A stretch of DNA of 64,000 nt from an uncultured Gemmatimonadaceae bacterium (GTDB lineage Bacteria; Gemmatimonadota; Gemmatimonadetes; Longimicrobiales; RSA9), in NCBI GenBank assembly GCA_964416095.1, contig CAYQCY010000004.1, positions 8,561-72,560 of the forward strand, written 5' to 3'. A program made the translations under genes and the position numbers. This document shows, piece by piece, positions 57,181-64,000 of the stretch; within the stretch, counting starts at the first letter, position 1, and each line of letters starts with the position of its first letter. The notes beneath the pieces were generated by a model. That model made no database searches, was not told where the DNA came from, and saw only the letters and a program-made list of their open reading frames with translations.

Positions 57181-57486
57181 TCAGGCGTCGGGCTTCTCGT
57201 TTTCCCGGTTCGGGGACGAGGTCTCCCGCTCCGTCCCCTCCCGGGGCGGTGGCGGCGGAGCCTGCTCCGCCTGGTCCCGCGGCAGCGTGCCCTGCTGGTC
57301 CTGCTGCGGCCGGCTCACCTCGGACCGGTTGATGTCGTTCTCGATCTCCTTGACGGAGCCCTTGAACTCGCGGATCCCCTTCCCGAGCGCCGACCCGATC
57401 TCCGGCAGCCGCTTGGCACCGAACACGAGGAGCAGTACCACGAGGATCAACAGCATTTCCCACATGCCCAGATTGCCGAACGGCAT
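57181..57486 (-). CDS. tatA: twin-arginine translocase subunit TatA/E
   Basis: 101 aa, GMWEMLLILVVLLLVFGAKRLPEIGSALGKGIREFK, followed by a charged tail. Confidence 0.9.
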   Translation of the reverse strand: MPFGNLGMWEMLLILVVLLLVFGAKRLPEIGSALGKGIREFKGSVKEIENDINRSEVSRPQQDQQGTLPRDQAEQAPPPPPREGTERETSSPNRENEKPDA

Positions 57487-57508
57487 GACTACGACTCCGC
57501 GTTGAGTA

Positions 57509-57805
57509 CTAGAACCACCATGACCGCATGATCAGCGCGACGACCAGGATCCCGACCAGGCTCAGCGCGTTCAGGTTCAGCACCAGCGGGCCCACGACCA
57601 ACGCCACCGCCACCAGGTCGATCCCCAGCGGACCCACCGACGCCGAGACCGTCGTGGTCAAGAATTCCCGCGCCGCGCTATCCGGAAGATAACGAACCAG
57701 CAGCTTCGTGAAGAGGGCACCCAGGAACAGACCGATCACCACCGCCCAGAAGAAGCGCGGTACCGTGCGCCGCTGGGGTCCGAGCATCATGGCGTTCCCT
57801 TGCAT
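57509..57805 (-). CDS. small integral membrane protein (DUF4321-like pattern)
   Basis: 98 aa with two hydrophobic segments (FFWAVVIGLFLGALF; LNALSLVGILVVALIM). The family call is by pattern only, and the start is uncertain (M1 or M6/M7). Confidence 0.55.
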   Translation of the reverse strand: MQGNAMMLGPQRRTVPRFFWAVVIGLFLGALFTKLLVRYLPDSAAREFLTTTVSASVGPLGIDLVAVALVVGPLVLNLNALSLVGILVVALIMRSWWF

Positions 57806-57814
57806 CCGGTTCCG

Positions 57815-58816
57815 TTACCTGCGCCGATCCACGACGTAGTCCACGGCCTGCCTCAACCCGGCCAACGCCTCGCCGTCCGGTGCGTCTTCCAGCGCCGCCC
57901 GCGCCCGTTCCCCGTACGCCTCGGCCCGGGACCGGGCGTAGTCGAGCCCGCCGTGGGACCGGACCAGCTCCATGACCCTGCCGATGCCGTCGTCCGTCGG
58001 CTCCGGTTCCGCGAAGAACGCTTTCACCTCCCGCCGGGCGCCGCCATCCATCTCCCGCAGCGCCGCGATGAGCGGCAGCGTCATCTTGTGCTCCCTCAGG
58101 TCCTGTCCCGCCGGCTTCCCCGTCACCGCCTCGGTCTGGGTGTAGTCCAGCACGTCGTCCACGATCTGGAACGCCATCCCGAGGTGGTGCCCGTAGCGCG
58201 CCGTGGGCGCCCGCAGATCCCCGTCCCCGAGCATGGCGCCCATCTCGCACGCCGCCGACATGAGCGACGCCGTCTTGCACGCGATGAGGCGGTCGTATTC
58301 CGCCTCGGTGTAGCCCAGGGCATCCGCCGAGACCAGTTGCCGCATCTCGCCGACGCTCATCTCGTTCGCCGCCCGGGACAGCACCGAGATCAGCTCCACA
58401 CGGCCGACCGCCGCCAGCTCGCTGACGGAGCGGCTGTACAGGTAGTCGCCCATGATCACGGCGGCCTGGTGGCTCCACAGGGCGTTCACCGTCGGCATGC
58501 CGCGCCGCAGTACCGAGTGGTCCACCGCGTCGTCGTGTACCAGCGTCGCCAGGTGCACCAGCTCCACCACCGCGCCCACCGTCTCGGCCTGGGGGTGACG
58601 CCGTCCCGAGAGCTCGTTGCACAGGAGCAGGAGCGTGGGCCGGAACAGCTTGCCCCGCGCCACCAGCAGGTGCTCGTTCACGTGCTCGATGGGCGGGAAG
58701 TCCGTCAGCACGATCCGCCGCAGCTCCTCGATGACCCGGTCCAGGCCCTTCCTCACCGGCCGCTGGATCTGGGCGAGCTTCCGCGGCGCCGCCCGGAGCA
58801 GCACGTCGTCCGTCAC
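57815..58816 (-). CDS. polyprenyl diphosphate synthase (long-chain trans-IPPS)
   Basis: 333 aa with the first and second Asp-rich motifs LVHDDAVD and FQIVDDVLD. Confidence 0.9.
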   Translation of the reverse strand: MTDDVLLRAAPRKLAQIQRPVRKGLDRVIEELRRIVLTDFPPIEHVNEHLLVARGKLFRPTLLLLCNELSGRRHPQAETVGAVVELVHLATLVHDDAVDHSVLRRGMPTVNALWSHQAAVIMGDYLYSRSVSELAAVGRVELISVLSRAANEMSVGEMRQLVSADALGYTEAEYDRLIACKTASLMSAACEMGAMLGDGDLRAPTARYGHHLGMAFQIVDDVLDYTQTEAVTGKPAGQDLREHKMTLPLIAALREMDGGARREVKAFFAEPEPTDDGIGRVMELVRSHGGLDYARSRAEAYGERARAALEDAPDGEALAGLRQAVDYVVDRRR

Positions 58817-60978
58817 AGGCGGGACAGGCGCTCGGGAACGTCCCGGAAGGAGGCGTCGATCTGCATGATCTTGTCGTAAGAGGCCCGCGCCTCGTCCCGA
58901 TCGCCCAGCTCCTCGTGGCAGAGGCCCAGATGATAGAAGACCCCCAGCAGCTCGGTCTCATCCTCCCGCGGCAGCTCCAGCGCACGATTGAGCACTTTCA
59001 CGGCCACGTTGTACTGGCCCTTCATGATGAAGCACTGGCCCAGCTCCTCGTACACCTTCAGACGCTCCTCCCCGCCCTTGAGCGCCGTCTGGAACTCGCT
59101 GATGGCCTCGTCGATCAGCCCCATCTCCTTGAAGGCCAGGCCCAGGTCGTAATGGCTGCCGGCGTCCTCCACGGCCACGTCCTCCGTGACCTTCGCCTTG
59201 AACCGGGAGAACAGGTCCGAGAACTGATCCGCCTCCAGCGCCGGCCCGCCGGCGGCCTGCATGGCCGCGTCCTCGTCCAGGAACGCCGCCAGGTCCACGT
59301 AGTCGTCTGCCGCCTCGGCCTCCTCGCCGGCTTCGGGCAGGTCCAGCGCCTCCCGGGCCTCCTCGTTGGACGGGTCCAGATCCAGCGCCCGCTGGTAGAC
59401 CGTCGCCGCCTTCGTCTCGACCCCCTGCCGGACCAGGCACCGAGCCAGGTCCAGGTAGTTCCGTGCCAGCACATCGCTGTCGTCCATGCGCGAGGCGAGC
59501 TCCACCCGACGCTGCAGGGCGGCCAGGTCGTCCGGATCCTGCCGGATCAGCTCGTCCACCACACCCAGCGCCTGCCGGTAGACATCGGGCTCCGCCCGGG
59601 CGACGAGCAGCAGCCGCAGCTCGGTCAACGCCTGCGTGCCGAGTCCCCGACCCACCAGCTCCCGAGCCCGGTCCAGCACGGACGCCGTGTCCACGCCCGC
59701 GTCCTCGGCTGAAGGGGCCTCCTCCCCGGTCTCGGCCTCCGCCACCGCGCCCGCCTCCTCGCCGGTGAAGGAGAGGTCCAGGGAGCCGACGTCGAAGGCT
59801 TCCGCCTCCACGGCACCCTCCTCCTCCGCCCCGAGCTCCCCCATGTCCTCGAGGTCCAGCGTACCGACGGGCTCCGCTTCTTCCTCCGCGCCCAGCATGG
59901 GAAGCGGCTCGGCTTCCTCCTCCTCCGCTTCCTCCAGCTCCTCGGCTTCCTCGACGTCCACCGCCGCCTCGGCCTCCTCCGGCTCTTCACCCAGCATCGG
60001 GAGCGGCTCCGCTTCCTCGGGCTCCTCCTCCACCTCGTCCGCCGCCTCCTCCCCGAAGGTCTCGAGCCCGCCCAGCGCCACGTCATCCGCCGGTTCCGCC
60101 TCGTGCTCCCGCTCGCCGAAGCCGACTTCCAGGCCGGAAACCTCCTCCTCCGCCGCCACGCCCGTGTCCAGCTCGCCGACGGTGCGCTCGATCTCGATCT
60201 CGTCCGGCGCCGGTTCCGGTTCCTCCTCCGTCACCGGCTCCGCTTCCGCCTCGGCCTCCGCCGGCAAACCCACGGCGCCGGCCGCCGATTCCACCGCGAG
60301 CTCCGCTTCGGGCTCCTCCTCTTCGGCCTCCGCCGCCGGCGCCGGCGCCACCTCGATGGCGGCCAGGTCGATGCTCGGATCCAGCTCGCGAAGCTTCTCG
60401 CCGACCGCTCCGGCGGCTTCGCCGTTGCCGCGCTGGAGCCACTCGCCGTACGCCTTCTCGAGCTGGCGCACGGCATCGTCCGTCTGCTCGGCCGACACCA
60501 ACTGCTCGGCGAGGATCTCGCGGACCTCGGGGTCGTTGGACAGGTCGGCGAATTCCTCCAGCGCGTTCAGCGCCCCCTCCACCTCGCCGGCCTTGACCTT
60601 CCGCTCGGCGTACTCCAGGTACCAGCGCCGGGCGTCCACCAGGAAGCCCTGCTCCGCCGAGTAGTCACCCAACTGGCGGTACAGGGACGGCTCTTCCGGA
60701 CGGTAGCGGAGCGCCTTGTTGCACAGGGCGATGGCGTTGTTGTAGAGTCCCGACGCGGCATACTTTTCGGCGGCCTCCGAGTAGTAGCCGACCGCTTCGT
60801 CGGACTGGCCCATCCGCAGGTAGAGATCACCGATGCGGTTGTAGAGGGGCAGGTCGTCCTCCGTATCCTGCTCCTCGCCCGCACGAAGGACTTTCTGGTA
60901 CGCCTCGACCGCAGCGTTCCAGTTCTCCTTCAGCTCGTACTGACGAGCTTCGTTCTTGAGCTTGGTGATCGACTTCAT
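58813..60978 (-). CDS. TPR-repeat protein with central acidic region
   Basis: 721 aa from MKSITKLKNEARQYEL...: N-terminal TPRs, ~230 aa of Glu/Ala-rich acidic low complexity with an internal duplication (EEAEPLPMLG x2), and C-terminal TPRs. The start was trimmed to ATG 60978. Confidence 0.75.
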   Translation of the reverse strand: MKSITKLKNEARQYELKENWNAAVEAYQKVLRAGEEQDTEDDLPLYNRIGDLYLRMGQSDEAVGYYSEAAEKYAASGLYNNAIALCNKALRYRPEEPSLYRQLGDYSAEQGFLVDARRWYLEYAERKVKAGEVEGALNALEEFADLSNDPEVREILAEQLVSAEQTDDAVRQLEKAYGEWLQRGNGEAAGAVGEKLRELDPSIDLAAIEVAPAPAAEAEEEEPEAELAVESAAGAVGLPAEAEAEAEPVTEEEPEPAPDEIEIERTVGELDTGVAAEEEVSGLEVGFGEREHEAEPADDVALGGLETFGEEAADEVEEEPEEAEPLPMLGEEPEEAEAAVDVEEAEELEEAEEEEAEPLPMLGAEEEAEPVGTLDLEDMGELGAEEEGAVEAEAFDVGSLDLSFTGEEAGAVAEAETGEEAPSAEDAGVDTASVLDRARELVGRGLGTQALTELRLLLVARAEPDVYRQALGVVDELIRQDPDDLAALQRRVELASRMDDSDVLARNYLDLARCLVRQGVETKAATVYQRALDLDPSNEEAREALDLPEAGEEAEAADDYVDLAAFLDEDAAMQAAGGPALEADQFSDLFSRFKAKVTEDVAVEDAGSHYDLGLAFKEMGLIDEAISEFQTALKGGEERLKVYEELGQCFIMKGQYNVAVKVLNRALELPREDETELLGVFYHLGLCHEELGDRDEARASYDKIMQIDASFRDVPERLSRL

Positions 60979-61087
60979 GCCCACGTCGTGTCCACAGGGT
61001 CCGGTTGCCGTGTCGGGTAGCCGGCCGCACGCCGTGCGGACCGTCCCGACACCGCCCGTGGTGAAACCCCGCCCGGGCCCTCGAGGT

Positions 61088-61414
61088 TCATCGAGGCCCG
61101 CACAGGCTCGTTCGGACGACTCCGCCACGGCCCGTCGTGGCGGTCCCCGTTACCCCGACAGGTGTCCGCTTCTGCTGCGCTCCGGAGTGTGCGCAGGGCG
61201 ACAGACAGAGGCAGCCCCACCCCACGGAAAACCGAGCGCTCCACCGCCTCGGCACTCCGAGCACGGTGATGACCGCCCGGTCGTGGTCCGGGTCGGCGGA
61301 CCAGTCCAGCACGTCCACATCCTGGGCCGCCGTGGCGGCCACGATGCTCTGTACGAGACCCGGGTCACGGTTCTCCCGGTCAGGGTGAACCGTTTCCAGG
61401 ACCCGGGCGTTCAT
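61088..61414 (-). pseudogene. truncated glutamate formimidoyltransferase (FtcD N-domain) remnant
   Basis: The first ~57 codons (MNARVLETVHPDRENRDPGLVQSIVAATAAQDVDVLDWSADPDHDRAVITVLG) align with the FTCD N-terminus (LVECVPNFSEG-[KR]..vi..i......v.lLD...d.d.NRtV.T.vG). The PNFSEG motif is degraded, and similarity is lost after ~61244. Only ~430 bp lie between hutI and the next gene, whereas an intact domain needs ~900 bp. Confidence 0.45.
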
Positions 61415-61421
61415 GCCACGC

Positions 61422-61450
61422 AAGATACAGGGCGTGAATACGTTGAACAA
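61422..61450 (-). promoter_or_regulatory. candidate sigma70-type promoter downstream of hutI
   Basis: A locally AT-rich patch. On the minus strand: TTGTTC (61450..61445), 17 nt, TATCTT (61427..61422). The -10 ends 7 nt before ATG 61414. Confidence 0.3.
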
Positions 61451-61454
61451 GCAT

Positions 61455-62666
61455 TCACGGCGCGCGTGCGCCACCCTTCCACACCCCCGCTGCGAGGCTC
61501 ACACCGAACCGGTACGGCAGCTCGTCGTGGCTCTCTGCTTCCCACAGCACGAGATCGGCCGGGGCGCCCGGAGCCAGCGTCCCCGATCCATCGTCGAGCC
61601 TGAGAGCCCGTGCGCCCCCCACCGTCGCGGCGTGGAGCGCCTCCGTGGGGTCCATCCCCATCTGGGAACAGGCGATCGTCATGGTGAGGGGCATGCTCGG
61701 TGATGCTGCCGAGCCGGGGTTGAAATCGGTGGCCAGCGCGACGGTGGCGCCCGCCTCCAGCAGGGCCCGGGCCGGCGCGTAGCGGCTGCTGCCCAGGAAG
61801 AAGAGGGTCGCGGGCAGGAGCGTTGCGACGGTACGGGAGGAGGCCAGGGCGGCGATGCCGGCCTCGCTCACCGCGCCCAGGTGGTCCGCCGAGGCGGCGC
61901 CGAGCTCCACGGCGAGCTCCGCGCCGCCGGAGCTCTCCAGCTCGTCGGCATGGAGCTTCGACACCAGTCCGTGGCGGCGGGCGGCGTCCAGGACGCGGCG
62001 CGTCTGGGCGCCATCGAAGACGCCCGGCTCCATGAACACGTCGCAGAACACGGCCAGCCCTTCCCCGGCCACGGCCGGGATCATCTCCTCGACCACGAGG
62101 TCCACGTACGCGTCCCTGCGGTCCCTGTACTCGGCGGGGAACTCGTGGGCACCCAGGAAGGTGGGGATCAGGCGCCACGGGCCTTCCGCGTCCAGCCTGC
62201 GCACGACCCGGAGCATCTTGAGCTCGTCCTCCGTCCGCAGCCCGTACCCGCTCTTCACCTCCACCGTGGTGGTGCCCTGCTCCAGCATGGAGCGCAAGCG
62301 CGGCCGGGACAGGGCCACGAGCTCGTCCTCCGAGCGTTGCCTCAGGTCCGAGACGGAGGCGTTGATCCCGCCGCCGCGCCGGGCGATCTCCATGTAGGGA
62401 ACGCCGCGGCAGCGCAGGGCGTACTCGTCGGGGCGCCAGCGGCCGAAGACGGCGTGGGTGTGGGAGTCCACGAAGCCGGGCGTCACGACGCCGCCCGCGC
62501 AGTCCACCACGTCCGCAGCCCGGTACGATGCGGCCAGCGCGGCCTCCCCTCCCACGGCCGCGATGCGGCCGTCCTCCACGGCCACGGCGGCGCCCGTCCG
62601 GATGTCGTGCGGGCCTTCGGCGAAGACGACGAGCTCGCCGATGTTCCTGAAGAGCGTGGTCGGCAT
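61455..62666 (-). CDS. hutI: imidazolonepropionase
   Basis: 403 aa from [10 protein letters not shown]..., with the amidohydrolase motifs GFVDSHTHAVF, KLHADE and ATDFNPGS. ATGA overlap with the hutH stop. Confidence 0.9.
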   Translation of the reverse strand: MPTTLFRNIGELVVFAEGPHDIRTGAAVAVEDGRIAAVGGEAALAASYRAADVVDCAGGVVTPGFVDSHTHAVFGRWRPDEYALRCRGVPYMEIARRGGGINASVSDLRQRSEDELVALSRPRLRSMLEQGTTTVEVKSGYGLRTEDELKMLRVVRRLDAEGPWRLIPTFLGAHEFPAEYRDRRDAYVDLVVEEMIPAVAGEGLAVFCDVFMEPGVFDGAQTRRVLDAARRHGLVSKLHADELESSGGAELAVELGAASADHLGAVSEAGIAALASSRTVATLLPATLFFLGSSRYAPARALLEAGATVALATDFNPGSAASPSMPLTMTIACSQMGMDPTEALHAATVGGARALRLDDGSGTLAPGAPADLVLWEAESHDELPYRFGVSLAAGVWKGGARAP

Positions 62667-64000
62667 CACGGCTCCTGCGCCAGGCGGGCGAAGGCTCCAT
62701 CCCGGACCAGACGTTCCACCGCCTCGATGTCCGGGCTCAGCGCCCGATCCCGGTCCAGCGGCGCCACCACGTCCCGGACCCGGTCCCGGGCGGCCGCCAC
62801 GCCGATGCCCGGTCGGAGGGGGGCCAGGAACTCCAGCGCCTGGGCGCCCGCCAGCAGCTCCAGCGCCAGGACGGTTTCCAGCAGACGTACCGCCTCCCGT
62901 GCCTTCACCGCGGCGGTCATCCCCATGGACACGTGGTCCTCCTTGTTCGCGTCGGTGGAGATGGAGTCGGTGCTGGCCGGCACGGCCTGCAGCTTGGTGT
63001 CGGCCACCAGGCTCGCGGCCACGATCTGGGCCATCATGTAGCCGCAGTTGGTGCCGGGCTCCGGGCTGAGGAAGGGAGGCAGGTCCGACAGCGACGCGTC
63101 GACGAGCCGGGCGAGGCGCCGCTCGCTGATGCTGGCCAGGTCGGCGCTCGCAATGGCGAGGAGGTCCAGGGCCTGGGCCACCGGCTGGCCGTGGAAGTTG
63201 CCGCCGCTCAGGATGCGGCCGTCGTCCGGGAAGATGAGGGGGTTGTCCGTGGCGCTGTTGATCTCCACCTCCAGGACCTGCCGCACGAAGCGCAGCGCCT
63301 GGCGCGCCGCACCGTGGACCTGGGGCATGCACCGGACCGAGTAGGCGTCCTGGACCCGGGGATCACCGAACCGGTGCGACTCCCGGATCTCCGAGTCCCG
63401 GAGCAGGGCCCGGAGCCGCGCCGCGCTCTCCGCCTGGCCCGGGTGCGGCCTGGCCTGCTGGATCGCCTCATCGAAGGCGTCCGGCGTGCCCCGGAGCCCT
63501 TCCAGGCTCATGGCCCCGGCGACCTCCGCCGTCTCCACCGCCCGTTCGGCGGCCAGGAGCGCCAGGACCCCGACGCCCGCCTGGGCCTGGGTCCCGTTGT
63601 TCAGCGCGAGCCCCTCCTTCGCGTCCAGGCGAACCGGCTCCAGGCCGGCCCGGGCCAGCGCCCCGGCGCCGTCCAGCCGCTCTCCGTCCACCACCGCCAC
63701 ACCCTCGCCCATGAGCACCAGCGCGAGATGGGAAAGGGGCGCCAGGTCGCCCGACGCCCCCACGCTGCCCCGTTCGGGGATGACCGGGTGCACGCCCCGG
63801 TCGAGCATCTCGGCGAGGCGCTCGATGATCACCGGCCTCACCCCGGAGTGGCCCAGGGCCAGGACGTTCGCCCGGAGCAGCATGACCGCTCGCGTCTCGG
63901 CCTCCGAGAGGGGCGGCCCCACGCCGCCGGCATGGCTCCGGATCAGGTTCTCCTGCAGCTCCCGGATCCGTTCCCGGGGGATGACCACGTCGGAGAGGGC
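62666..64000 (-). CDS. hutH: histidine ammonia-lyase (5' end outside window)
   Basis: Contains [14 protein letters not shown] and the MIO-forming [14 protein letters not shown]. The frame stays open to the window edge, and roughly 60 N-terminal residues are missing. Confidence 0.9.
   Translation of the reverse strand, partial: ALSDVVIPRERIRELQENLIRSHAGGVGPPLSEAETRAVMLLRANVLALGHSGVRPVIIERLAEMLDRGVHPVIPERGSVGASGDLAPLSHLALVLMGEGVAVVDGERLDGAGALARAGLEPVRLDAKEGLALNNGTQAQAGVGVLALLAAERAVETAEVAGAMSLEGLRGTPDAFDEAIQQARPHPGQAESAARLRALLRDSEIRESHRFGDPRVQDAYSVRCMPQVHGAARQALRFVRQVLEVEINSATDNPLIFPDDGRILSGGNFHGQPVAQALDLLAIASADLASISERRLARLVDASLSDLPPFLSPEPGTNCGYMMAQIVAASLVADTKLQAVPASTDSISTDANKEDHVSMGMTAAVKAREAVRLLETVLALELLAGAQALEFLAPLRPGIGVAAARDRVRDVVAPLDRDRALSPDIEAVERLVRDGAFARLAQEP

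Overview
High-GC (roughly 70% by eye) bacterial chromosomal segment from a diderm organism, since Lnt, LolA, a beta-barrel OMP, TatA and PpiD are present. The phylum cannot be fixed from sequence alone. From 179 to 54637 nearly every gene is on the minus strand, and many junctions are 1-26 nt overlaps of the ATGA/GTGA type. Content is mostly core housekeeping. In window order it includes: glyA with a Leu-dehydrogenase/acyl-CoA dehydrogenase/Hbd/thiolase block; rex with a perfect Rex operator; rsmA; an RsbU/RsbW/RsbV-like partner-switching trio; pta, coaD, rsmD, recJ, dnaG, mutS2, prmA, dnaJ, hrcA, hemW, dprA and obg; tmk with ino1 and a CDP-alcohol phosphatidyltransferase; prmC, prfA and rpmE; lnt, SpoIID, hemL, rimO, lolA and ftsK; accC, accB and aroQ; two acidic TPR proteins; ppiD-like, tatA and a polyprenyl synthase; hutI and a 5'-truncated hutH. 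No rRNA, tRNA or CRISPR was recognised. The most unusual signal is a ~390-nt non-coding element present twice in the same orientation (39.4 kb and 54.7 kb), about 93% identical by hand alignment. Each copy has 12-bp terminal inverted repeats and its own 9-10 bp flanking direct repeats. A 139-nt core is almost invariant, and the substitutions between copies preserve plus-strand RNA pairing. I read it as a MITE-like non-autonomous element that may also encode a structured RNA. Other points: two decayed gene remnants (a DnaQ-like exonuclease and ftcD), an orphan plus-strand ORF overlapping prmA, an L31 with a long acidic tail, and an insertion in RimO. Gene starts were placed by hand from the ORF track and are less certain than stops. 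The many very long ORFs antisense to real genes are treated as stop-codon-poor high-GC artefacts.
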